54,121 bases of DNA from a virus (lineage: Duplodnaviria; Caudoviricetes): positions 1 through 54,121 of the IMG/VR virus record IMGVR_UViG_3300042540_000560; one strand, 5' to 3'. Numbering within the stretch: the stretch's first letter is position 1; each line of letters opens with the position of its first letter. Of the stretch, positions 9,229 to 17,675 are shown in pieces. A program made the translations under genes and the position numbers. The notes beneath the pieces are model-generated. The model made no database searches. It had not been told where the DNA came from and saw nothing but the letters and a program-made list of their open reading frames with translations.

Positions 9229-9266
9229 GAAAAAGCCCATGCTTGACTGCTCAAGCATAGGCTTTC
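9229..9266 (-). terminator. Intrinsic terminator after the tRNA-like gene; contains a CTTGA-N4-TCAAG box
   Basis: AAAGCC.ATGCTTGA/TCAAGCAT.GGCTTT hairpin plus T tract. Confidence 0.7.
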
Positions 9267-9286
9267 TGGAGGAGAAGAAAGGAGAA

Positions 9287-9406
9287 TGGATCAGGCAGGA
9301 TTTGAACCTGCTCTCAAGCTATTGCAATTCGCTCTCGTTTTATCGCCGTGTGTAGCCCCTAGTCGCCATCGCCACAGGTCGCGTGTTCCCACCCCGCCGC
9401 TGACCC
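9287..9406 (-). tRNA. Aberrant tRNA-Ala(UGC)-like RNA with a 46-nt insertion between D arm and anticodon arm
   Basis: Acceptor GGGTCAG/CTGATCC with G3.U70 and A73; T arm GCAGG TTCAAAT CCTGC; anticodon arm AGCGA ATTGCAA TAGCT (one mismatch); no encoded CCA. Confidence 0.7.
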
Positions 9407-9413
9407 ATTAAAG

Positions 9414-9917
9414 TTATACTTGGAGTGTTAAGAAGTTGTCTAGTCCCATTGTCTCGATCATCTTGAGTTCAGCTTGGAATTGGATGATGCCAGCTTCGCT
9501 ACCTTCTAAGAGTGGAATCATTATGTTGGCTGTGAGTTCATCACCAGATGCTCTTGCTGCTTGGATGGTAGAACGTTCATTGGATGCTGCTTGTTGGACA
9601 CTGGTTAGGTTAGCTTTGATGATGCTAACGATGTTGTGACGTTCCCACCTCATAGGTCCAACTTCGTATTGGAGGCTAACGTCAAAGAACTCTAGTCGTC
9701 GTAAGACGATGTTGGCATGGTCTACTTCTTGTGCTGCATCCTCTGCTGTGATCTTAGCTCGCTTGGAGTAGCCCCAACGTTCAAAGTGTTGTGCTTGGGC
9801 TGTAAGGGTTTGGGCTTGTTGCCAATGGATGGTAAGTGATTGTCGAAGTCCTGCAATTACAGAAGGGTTGTAGTTGTTGGATAGGTCTGTAGTTGGAATG
9901 AGTGATATCTTAGACAT
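9414..9917 (-). CDS. Bacterioferritin-like protein with degenerate ferroxidase centre
   Basis: HFERWGY...EVDHANIVLRRLEFFD and MIETMGLDNFL match Bfr helices. Confidence 0.8.
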   Translation of the reverse strand: MSKISLIPTTDLSNNYNPSVIAGLRQSLTIHWQQAQTLTAQAQHFERWGYSKRAKITAEDAAQEVDHANIVLRRLEFFDVSLQYEVGPMRWERHNIVSIIKANLTSVQQAASNERSTIQAARASGDELTANIMIPLLEGSEAGIIQFQAELKMIETMGLDNFLTLQV

Positions 9918-9956
9918 TGAGTTGTTCCTTGGGTGTAGACTGAAAATTGATGTTAA

Positions 9957-10042
9957 ACTGAGTGATGGGAGTTGAACCCATAATTCTATTAGAATCCCTC
10001 TCCAGTTCTAATAGTGTGTTTCCTGGATTACACCACACTCAG
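9957..10042 (-). ncRNA. tRNA-like RNA with 9-bp anticodon stem and 11-nt loop
   Basis: Acceptor CTGAGTG/CACTCAG; D arm GTG...CAC; CTATTAGAA CTGGAGAGGGA TTCTAATAG; T arm ATGGG TTCAACT CCCAT. Confidence 0.7.
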
Positions 10043-10049
10043 TAAGCTT

Positions 10050-10496
10050 TTAGTTGTAGATGGTAGTTGCAAACCAACCATAACAACGTAGCTTACGATT
10101 GTAACCGTAGACTACAGCTTGGTCCCTAATAGGACGTTGACCGCGATAGCAACATGCTCGCAATGCTGCTTCTGGAGAAGAGGTAGAGAAACCTACTCCT
10201 TCATAACGTCCACCTCCGAAGCCTCCTCCTACGTGACGCATAGTTCCTTCAGATGCTTGTTGTTGGGACTTCTGATGAGCAAGTCCTACACCTTGAGAGA
10301 AGCCTTGTGCTGTAGAGTGAACTACAGTACGAACTGGTTGAACTTCTTGGAAGTACTCAACTGTATTGACTACGGGTTGAGTGACTACATGGATTGTAGA
10401 TCGTACTGGTGTTGGGCATTGACCATTAACACAGGTTTGTGCTGAAGCAATGCTGGAGAGTACTAAGAGTGTAACCAGAGATACTAGAGTCTTCAT
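10050..10496 (-). CDS. Secreted protein with a CAP/SCP-like, Planctomycete-type C-terminal domain
   Basis: Signal peptide MKTLVSLVTLLVLSSIASA-Q; HVGG...EGVGFS...ACCY...GWFA. Confidence 0.65.
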   Translation of the reverse strand: MKTLVSLVTLLVLSSIASAQTCVNGQCPTPVRSTIHVVTQPVVNTVEYFQEVQPVRTVVHSTAQGFSQGVGLAHQKSQQQASEGTMRHVGGGFGGGRYEGVGFSTSSPEAALRACCYRGQRPIRDQAVVYGYNRKLRCYGWFATTIYN

Positions 10497-10522
10497 CGTT
10501 AATTCCTTGTTAGTAAGACTGT

Positions 10523-10568
10523 AAAAAGAAACCCTCCTGAGAGTGAGTGGTACTAACAGGAGGGTTTC
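10523..10568 (-). terminator. Intrinsic terminator or attenuator candidate
   Basis: GAAACCCTCCTG...CAGGAGGGTTTC stem plus T tract on minus strand. Confidence 0.6.
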
Positions 10569-10645
10569 GCAGGAGACGTTCTTCTTTCCCTTAAAGAACA
10601 ATGCAAGTATACCGAATGGTATATATCTATGCAATGTGGAATTTA

Positions 10646-10975
10646 TTAGGCTGTTGCCAATTCCTTCTTCTTCTTGGTGGTCTTCTTTGCCTTAGGAGCA
10701 GGAGTTGCTTCCTCTACCTTAGGCTTTCGGTTACGACCAAAGCGACTGAACTTGAAGTTGGGATTGGCTTTTGCAAACTTGTCAGCAAGGGTCTTGGACT
10801 CTGCTTTGAGAAGTTTGGCAATGGGTCCTCGTCCTTGAACTGCTTCAGCAATGAGCGTTGCTGCTGCGGATTCTTCAAGGGTGTCACCGAAGAACATGAC
10901 TCCTTGGACTGGGATCAAGTTCTTGACGATGTTCTTACGTGCTTTGTGGTGTCCGAATGTCTTGGTCTTGAGCAT
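10646..10975 (-). CDS. Basic protein with Lys-rich tail
   Basis: 109 aa, K/A-rich C-terminus. Confidence 0.7.
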   Translation of the reverse strand: MLKTKTFGHHKARKNIVKNLIPVQGVMFFGDTLEESAAATLIAEAVQGRGPIAKLLKAESKTLADKFAKANPNFKFSRFGRNRKPKVEEATPAPKAKKTTKKKKELATA

Positions 10976-10976
10976 C

Positions 10977-11171
10977 TTATTTTCCTAGTTTGGGTTTGTC
11001 TTTGATACGGTACTTTGTGTTACGAGCTACAGCACCCATAGAGGCGATTTGGGAACGCCTGTCTGAAGAGAGGGCTTTAGCTCTAGCAGGACCACCTTTC
11101 TTGCCTCCACGAGAGCCAAGGATTGCTGCTGCTTTGTTAAGGGGTTTTGATTGTAAGGGTTTTTTAGCCAT
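10977..11171 (-). CDS. Small basic protein (GGKKGG.ARA..L...RR..IA type)
   Basis: AAAILGSRGGKKGGPARAKALSSDRRSQIA. Confidence 0.75.
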   Translation of the reverse strand: MAKKPLQSKPLNKAAAILGSRGGKKGGPARAKALSSDRRSQIASMGAVARNTKYRIKDKPKLGK

Positions 11172-11557
11172 TATCGACCTTTCTTACGGCTTGAGGCTTT
11201 TTTCTTACCTGGGGTCTTCTTCTTTGAAGTACCCTTTCTTGTGGATGTTGAAGTTTTTCTAGCTACCTTCTTCGCTACTTTTTTCTTCTTAGCTACTTTC
11301 TTTGGAGTAGCTTTCTTTCCTCGTGGTTTAGATGGTACTTTCTTGACTGCTTTTCGTTTGATGGATTTACGTTTAGTTGGTTTGTTTCGTTTCTTACTGG
11401 GTTTGGACTTACCTTTGCTTTTGCTCTTCTTGGTAGATTTCTTTCGAGTTCCAGAAGCTTTAGCTATTTGCTTTTCTATCTTTCGACGTTGCTTCTCTCG
11501 TTCTCGTTTCTTCTTCTCTTGGCGTTCAAGGTATTCTTCGGTACGTTCTTTTACCAT
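11171..11557 (-). CDS. Histone H1-like Lys-rich protein
   Basis: Repeated KKVAKK/KKAT motifs. Confidence 0.7.
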   Translation of the reverse strand: MVKERTEEYLERQEKKKREREKQRRKIEKQIAKASGTRKKSTKKSKSKGKSKPSKKRNKPTKRKSIKRKAVKKVPSKPRGKKATPKKVAKKKKVAKKVARKTSTSTRKGTSKKKTPGKKKASSRKKGR

Positions 11558-11579
11558 AATTGATGGGCCTTGTTAAGGG

Positions 11580-12893
11580 TTATTTGGATCTTTGTCTACG
11601 TTTTACTGTAGTAGTTTGAGGTAAGAAGATCAACTTAGTTTTAGATTTTTTAATGTCTCCAAGTATGTACTTCTGTTTTTCCTCACCAGCGTATAAGACT
11701 AAGCAAGATGGTTTACATACATCTATGATTTTGTTGATCCAAGATGAAAGTATTGGATGATCTTTTGGATTTTCTAAACGACATTCAATTGCTAATGTAG
11801 CTTTAGTTGGGAGAGTTTCAAGTACATATTTAGTTGTGAGTGGATATGGAGACTCGTCTAAGATTTGAACTGTGGGTATGACTTTGAATCCGACTTCTTG
11901 CCATAGCCGAGTACACCACCTAGAACGGTATAAGTTCCAGATGTTCTTAGCTAAGGGCCATTTGGTGTAACAACTGAAGTCTGGTCCAATGAGGCATCTA
12001 GGTTGGATTTCATTGCACCATTCAATGAAGTCTTCTGATTGGTTGTAGACTGCTTCAAACCTGAAGTCATCTGTGTAGAAGCCTATGCAACCTGGGTTGT
12101 AAGAACCGTCAAAGGACTGGCTGTAACAGTGATAGGCATTCTCATAGGGTTCAGATGGGTAAGTACAGGTAGGGGCTAGGTCAGGTGTTGCTAGTCCGTT
12201 CTTACTCAGTTCTGGAATGTCTAGGTCACTGATACCATCAAATAAGATGTTTGGATTGATATAAGTTTGGATAATGCTTTCTGGATCATGAGGGGAAGTG
12301 TAACTGTCTTCCCCCCCTTCGGTGGGGTCTTCCTCATCTTCTTCTTCTGGAGGAGGAGGAGAAACGGGTCTAAGTCTGCTGGCAGACTGTTTAAGGATCG
12401 GGGAAGTGCCCCATTCTGCGTCCTGGATGTCTTTCCTGAGTTGTTTGAGCTTTCGGTCGGTTTCGGTCTTAACGCTCTCTAAAGCGTTGTCTACGCTCTT
12501 GGTGAGGCTCTTTAGGGCATCCTCGTTTCGTTGGGCTAGGAGACCAATGTTGTCGAAGGTGGCTAAGATTTCATTTTCTCCATCTTCTGGGTGATCTACC
12601 ACTATGATGGGGATAAGGGGGGTCTTAGCTTTAATAGCCTCGTCTACCCGCATATGACCGTCGAGAAGCTTGTTGGACGCTAGGTTGAAGATACCGAACG
12701 ATAACCAACCGTACCTCTCTTGGAATGCCTTGTAGGTGGCTCTCTGTCGTTGGGAATGGATTCTCCAGTTCTTGGGATTGGGGGGAAGAATTTTAGGATC
12801 GACTTCACCTACCAGCATGTCGGTTCCTGGTAGGTGGGTAAATTTACTTATCCAGGGATAAGCTTTCTTGTACTTGGCAATGATGGGTGACAT
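11580..12893 (-). CDS. ParB-like N-terminal domain fused to DUF4417-like domain
   Basis: PNPKNWRIH...LLDGHMR; FYTDDFRFE...PDFS...WNLYRSRW...VIPTV. Confidence 0.8.
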   Translation of the reverse strand: MSPIIAKYKKAYPWISKFTHLPGTDMLVGEVDPKILPPNPKNWRIHSQRQRATYKAFQERYGWLSFGIFNLASNKLLDGHMRVDEAIKAKTPLIPIIVVDHPEDGENEILATFDNIGLLAQRNEDALKSLTKSVDNALESVKTETDRKLKQLRKDIQDAEWGTSPILKQSASRLRPVSPPPPEEEDEEDPTEGGEDSYTSPHDPESIIQTYINPNILFDGISDLDIPELSKNGLATPDLAPTCTYPSEPYENAYHCYSQSFDGSYNPGCIGFYTDDFRFEAVYNQSEDFIEWCNEIQPRCLIGPDFSCYTKWPLAKNIWNLYRSRWCTRLWQEVGFKVIPTVQILDESPYPLTTKYVLETLPTKATLAIECRLENPKDHPILSSWINKIIDVCKPSCLVLYAGEEKQKYILGDIKKSKTKLIFLPQTTTVKRRQRSK

Positions 12894-12894
12894 A

Positions 12895-13221
12895 TCAATC
12901 GACTTTCTCTACCAGTTCGATGAGGAGTTTGAAGTTCTTACCATCTTGGATTTTGCAGAGGGTATAGGTGTAGTCTTCAAGGTTCTTGATCTTTTTTATT
13001 TCCTCAATGACTTGATCTACAGAAGCATAGAAGAAGTCATGAGGAGTGCTTTCAATGAGTTTAGAATTTGCTGTCGCTTGAAATAGCTTTTCAAGCTGAC
13101 CTACGGCACTTGTGAATACTCCGGTTGACATAAGTTTATTAGGCTTTACTTGGAGTTCGCTTATTGTTACTTCTTGGTTTGGTTGTGCTTCGTTTACCAA
13201 CTTTGTTATTAGTCTTATCAT
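12895..13221 (-). CDS. Hypothetical protein
   Basis: 108 aa ORF. Confidence 0.6.
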   Translation of the reverse strand: MIRLITKLVNEAQPNQEVTISELQVKPNKLMSTGVFTSAVGQLEKLFQATANSKLIESTPHDFFYASVDQVIEEIKKIKNLEDYTYTLCKIQDGKNFKLLIELVEKVD

Positions 13222-15307
13222 GAGTATGTTCCAAACAATCTAGGAGTTCTTCGGATAATGAGTAAGTGTAAGAGTCTCTACCACGACCACCTACACTGTT
13301 AGGTTCTTTGTCCTGAGTGATCATCCCAAGTTGTTCAAGATCGGTAAGGATTTGATGAACTCGGGTTGATGGAATCTTGAGGTTACTGACTAGAGACTTA
13401 CGAGTTGAAATTTTGTGTTTACGGATGTAGTCGATTACTTCAAAGTTTAGTCCTGGACATGAATCGAATCCTACCTTACGTACTATGTCGTAAGTAGACT
13501 CCGATACCGTGGTTTCGTTACGAACAAAGGCTAAACAAGTGATTAAGTTTTTGAATTGGAGGGACAGTCTAGTAGCAATTGCTGATACTGGTCTGTAGAT
13601 CATACCTTCATTACGATCTTTCTCTACCTTGGTTTGCAATCGAGCTACAAGTTTAGCAAGTGACTGGACTTTGCGTTTGATTGTTTCTGGAATAATTGCA
13701 GTTTTAGTGGTGTCGAATGATTCGTGAAGATGCTTATAATAACCAAGTATGGTGTTGGTTAGTTTGGTTTTGTTTTCCTTCTTATTGTCCATGTTCTCCC
13801 AAGCTTGATTCATATGTTCGTCTTCATCGAAGTTGGAACCCAAGAAGTCTATTTTGAGGAAACGTTCTCCCTTGGAAGCATCATTATGTTTGTGGATGAT
13901 TGGGGTAACACCTGCAATGATGTTGAATTTGAAGTCAGTTGCTTCAAAGACCTTCCCGTTCCCATACTGGACTTTAATGTATCCATCATAGGCATCTCGG
14001 AGTAAGTCCCATAGTTGTTGCTGGACTCCATCTGGCATTCCTAGAAGGACAGTCATGTCCTTAATAAAGAATGTCTTCTCATTGAGTTTATGGAGGGAGG
14101 ATGCATCTGATCCATCTGGGTTACGCCAACCGGATACCAATGATGTTGCTGTCAGTTTGGAAGAGTAGTCGAAGTATTGGTTTTGACCACCGAATGCTTC
14201 GATAACTGTACTCTTACCGCAAGATGCTGGACCTACTACGAATAGCCATAAGGGTTCTCCTGGCATACGTACCGATAGGCATGTTGCAAGCATAACGTCT
14301 ATCGTTTGAATGATAGAACGATTGGTGTAAAGGCTTTCCTTAACCCTTTTCTGGAAGGAGGAATAAGAAGTAACAGGGGTGATCGCATCTACGTCTGTAG
14401 AGAATGATCGTCGTACTTCATCTCCTTCTTCAAGAACTACGTCATCCACTTGGTCATCAGAGGATGATGCTGCCATATCTAGGAGTGCAGCTAGAACGTC
14501 TGTCTTAGTTTTGGCTAAGGTCCATACGTCCCTAACGTCTTTAGGTGTGGTCTTGGACTTCAGTTTGAGTTTAGCTAGAAGTGGAGATTCCCAGTTAGCA
14601 ATACTGTAGCGAAGTCCTTTACCTCGTTTGTGAATGAGGGCAATACCATCTTGTCCACCTTTGTCGTTGTCGTAGTAGAGGGTTACGTATTTGCCCTTGA
14701 ACTTGAGGTTCCATTCTTCTTTCCACGAAGTAGCTCCTGGGAGTGCCAATATGGTAGGAGATTCCTTACGCATTGCTCTAAACGCTGCGTAGAATGCAAG
14801 AGCGTCCCATTCTCCTTCGGTGATGATGATGTCTTGGTCAAACTGTTTGGTGTTGTGTACTTTATACAACTGTAAATCCAGACCTGGGGACTTAAAGATT
14901 CTAAATCGATTCTTGGGATTAAAGCTTGTAGGATCGAACGCCCCCAAGTTAAGCAATCCATTAGTTCCGTAATAGGGAACATACCATCGTTCTGTAAGTG
15001 GATGTCGATACCAATTAGCAATGGAGAAAACTTCTGAGGGAATACCTCTCTCTGTTTCAAGAAATTTGTAATGTTCATCTGTAGTGAATGGTTTGAGATG
15101 GGAATGGAACTCAGTGATGAAAGAGTAATAGTTACCGGATCTATTACATTTTTTACATTGAAAGAGACCGTTGGTTGTGTTGAAGAAGAAGTGGTTTGGT
15201 TTTTTGCAATCTTGAAATGGGCAATCTGCGACATAGTTATCTTTTACTTCCTTGTTTGGGGTAACTGCGAAAAACTTATAGAAGGATGCTGGGTCTTGGC
15301 TACTCAT
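13139..15307 (-). CDS. Primase-helicase (Zn finger, TOPRIM, AAA+ P-loop, C-terminal wHTH)
   Basis: CPFQDC...H...CKKC; ITEGEWDAL; YDND; GPASCGKS. Confidence 0.88.
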   Translation of the reverse strand: MSSQDPASFYKFFAVTPNKEVKDNYVADCPFQDCKKPNHFFFNTTNGLFQCKKCNRSGNYYSFITEFHSHLKPFTTDEHYKFLETERGIPSEVFSIANWYRHPLTERWYVPYYGTNGLLNLGAFDPTSFNPKNRFRIFKSPGLDLQLYKVHNTKQFDQDIIITEGEWDALAFYAAFRAMRKESPTILALPGATSWKEEWNLKFKGKYVTLYYDNDKGGQDGIALIHKRGKGLRYSIANWESPLLAKLKLKSKTTPKDVRDVWTLAKTKTDVLAALLDMAASSSDDQVDDVVLEEGDEVRRSFSTDVDAITPVTSYSSFQKRVKESLYTNRSIIQTIDVMLATCLSVRMPGEPLWLFVVGPASCGKSTVIEAFGGQNQYFDYSSKLTATSLVSGWRNPDGSDASSLHKLNEKTFFIKDMTVLLGMPDGVQQQLWDLLRDAYDGYIKVQYGNGKVFEATDFKFNIIAGVTPIIHKHNDASKGERFLKIDFLGSNFDEDEHMNQAWENMDNKKENKTKLTNTILGYYKHLHESFDTTKTAIIPETIKRKVQSLAKLVARLQTKVEKDRNEGMIYRPVSAIATRLSLQFKNLITCLAFVRNETTVSESTYDIVRKVGFDSCPGLNFEVIDYIRKHKISTRKSLVSNLKIPSTRVHQILTDLEQLGMITQDKEPNSVGGRGRDSYTYSLSEELLDCLEHTHDKTNNKVGKRSTTKPRSNNKRTPSKA

Positions 15308-15599
15308 TTGGTTTCCGTATTAGTTCTTTTGGGAGTTGAGAGAGAGCTACTTTAACAATGTCTTCTGCGGTATGGAATAGCTCACCGGGTTGTAACGAAA
15401 CTAACGATTCAAAGGAGATTGGAAGATCGTATGTGAACTTCTTCTCACCTTTCTTTCGGACAGTCCATCGTATGGTGAAGTCTGTCCTGGCAATGGATAC
15501 CGATAGGTATCCAAAGTTTAAGTCACGATGTAGTATTCTTAGCATTCGACTTAGATTGTCGAACACTACTTTGTAGTAGTCTGGACTGTGGTTTTGCAT
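15300..15599 (-). CDS. Hypothetical protein
   Basis: 99 aa ORF between pol and primase. Confidence 0.65.
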   Translation of the reverse strand: MQNHSPDYYKVVFDNLSRMLRILHRDLNFGYLSVSIARTDFTIRWTVRKKGEKKFTYDLPISFESLVSLQPGELFHTAEDIVKVALSQLPKELIRKPNE

Positions 15600-17541
15600 T
15601 TAGTTTCCATTCGGATAGTTTTATAGATTCGGCCCAATTGTCTTCGATGATTTCAGGTTTACAGATACATGGAACTCCAAAGATGTTTCCAGATTCTTCC
15701 ATAAGTAAGGCTAACTTGTTTAAGATGTTAGTTTGCTTTTGCTGCGAATACTTTCTCTGGAGGGAGAAAAGTAATTCATCGTGGACTTGGAGGATGATTT
15801 TGGTTTCTTGTCCGTCTAGTGACGTTAGGTAGTGATCGCACTTGGTTAGTGCGGTTTTTACTATGTCTCCTTCGGTTCCTTGGACGATGTAGTTGACTCC
15901 AGCGTATGCTTTGTTCTTTGGGACGATGAGTCGATACCCTGAGGCTGTTGTGACATAACCGTGTCGTTTAACAAATGAGACAGTTCTGGCAATCGATTCC
16001 GCAACGTTTGGAAATAACTTGAGTACTCTGCTATGAGTTCCTGGGACTCCACACATGAAGTCGATTTTGGTGGGACCTGCTCCGAAGATGATTCCGAAGT
16101 TGACATACTTTGCTACCTTCCTTTGTGCTTTAGTTGGTTCTTCTACGTCGAATATGGATCGAGCTACAAAAGTGTGGAAGTCGAATCCATCTTCAAATGC
16201 TTTTATGAGGGAGGATTCTTTCGACCAGTAGGCGAATATCCTAAGTTGAAGTTGGTCATAGTCGATGCTAGCCCATATACGATCTGACTGTGGACCAAAG
16301 ACTCTACGAATAGAGTATACGGTGATAGGATTTCCATTCTCATCGAAGTGTTCTTTACCTTTACCAATGTTCTGTCCATTTGGGGTTGATGAAGATAAGC
16401 GTGTTGTAGATGTTCCGCATTGGTGAAATGATGGGTGTAGGATTCCATTGAGTTGAAACCTTTTGTAGGATTGCATGTAGGTGACTGCTGAGTTCACCTC
16501 TCTGTATTGGAGTAAGGTATCTATAAAGCGTAATGCTTTCTTGGACTTGTGTTGATACTTGAGTTCTGGAAGTGCTGATTTGTCTGTGGATGGATTGCCT
16601 TTAATGGTGGTTCTGGATATATCAAATTCAAAGTAGTCGTAGATGACTGACTTGAGTTGTAGGTGACTGTTAGGGTTAAAGGATTCGTTACCTACTAACT
16701 GTTGCATAGTTGCAATGAGAGACTGTCGTAGGTTCTTGGATTCCTCTAGCTCTTGGTTGAATTTGGTTCGATGGAGATTGATACCATTACGTGCCATTCG
16801 GTAGATTGGCATGATAACGTCTCTTTGGATTTGATAAGGCTTTAAGAGTTCTGTATTGGATGCGAACGTCTGCTCTTGGCATATGAATAGTGCTGCGGTA
16901 CGAACTGCATCCTTGATAGCGTACTTAGAGCAAATAGAACGATAGGGATGGCTAGAAGGATAGTTGTAGTAGTCTGCGATAGCTCTAGCTAACCAGAAAT
17001 CGCATTTGTGGAATTTGTCTTTCTGACCTGCTAGATGTTCATGTCCTTCTTCTGCGATAGCCCAACCAAGCTTCTTTCCTTCATGACGTAGGGACTTGAT
17101 ACAGATATCTAGTTCTTTCTCGTCATCGTCTAACATTTCACAATGTAAGAGGGCTTGTTCTTTGAGACCTTTAGGTGCCTTGCTATCGATGAGGTGAGTT
17201 CGGATAAGAGTATCATGAAAGTCTTTAGTACTTTCGATGATTGTGGGCAATGCTGCCCATTTCCTGGAGGGAAGAAGAGAAAGCATAAAGAGATCGTATG
17301 CCATGTTGTGGAATACGATGCAATCGAAACTAAGGATGTAGTTGTAGATTTGTTGAAGGGTACGAGTGGACCATTGAGGGATGCGAGAGTGTGGGTTGAC
17401 GGGTGCTTCCCAATAGTTGGTGTGACCTAAGTTGTCGCAAGTAGAGATTGCAAAAGAACGACAACCGTGATGACCAAAGAGTCCGGTACCTTCTGTATCA
17501 ACTGCAATAAAGGTTTCAATTGGTTTGTGAGTTAGTTTCAT
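15523..17541 (-). CDS. polA: Family A DNA polymerase with 3'-5' exonuclease
   Basis: Exo DTE, HN..YD, YAIKD; pol motifs DYDQLQLR, RKVAKYVNFG, QVHDEL. Confidence 0.95.
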   Translation of the reverse strand: MKLTHKPIETFIAVDTEGTGLFGHHGCRSFAISTCDNLGHTNYWEAPVNPHSRIPQWSTRTLQQIYNYILSFDCIVFHNMAYDLFMLSLLPSRKWAALPTIIESTKDFHDTLIRTHLIDSKAPKGLKEQALLHCEMLDDDEKELDICIKSLRHEGKKLGWAIAEEGHEHLAGQKDKFHKCDFWLARAIADYYNYPSSHPYRSICSKYAIKDAVRTAALFICQEQTFASNTELLKPYQIQRDVIMPIYRMARNGINLHRTKFNQELEESKNLRQSLIATMQQLVGNESFNPNSHLQLKSVIYDYFEFDISRTTIKGNPSTDKSALPELKYQHKSKKALRFIDTLLQYREVNSAVTYMQSYKRFQLNGILHPSFHQCGTSTTRLSSSTPNGQNIGKGKEHFDENGNPITVYSIRRVFGPQSDRIWASIDYDQLQLRIFAYWSKESSLIKAFEDGFDFHTFVARSIFDVEEPTKAQRKVAKYVNFGIIFGAGPTKIDFMCGVPGTHSRVLKLFPNVAESIARTVSFVKRHGYVTTASGYRLIVPKNKAYAGVNYIVQGTEGDIVKTALTKCDHYLTSLDGQETKIILQVHDELLFSLQRKYSQQKQTNILNKLALLMEESGNIFGVPCICKPEIIEDNWAESIKLSEWKLNAKPQSRLLQSSVRQSKSNAKNTTS

Positions 17542-17566
17542 AATCAATCCGTTAATGGAAGAGAGT

Positions 17567-17608
17567 AAAAAAGCCCCCACTTAGGAAGTCTAAAACTAAG
17601 TGGGGGCT
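17567..17608 (-). terminator. Intrinsic terminator
   Basis: AGCCCCCACTTAG/CTAAGTGGGGGCT stem plus T run. Confidence 0.75.
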
Positions 17609-17675
17609 AGTGTGCCTGAACTCTCTCAGGCCGATTCAGCAATAGTAATCACTGATTGTGAAGTTGTAGTAGATG

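Noticed and set aside
9287-9406. Canonical tmRNA (ssrA)
   Set aside because: Only 120 nt, has a D stem and anticodon arm, and no tag ORF or pseudoknots are evident
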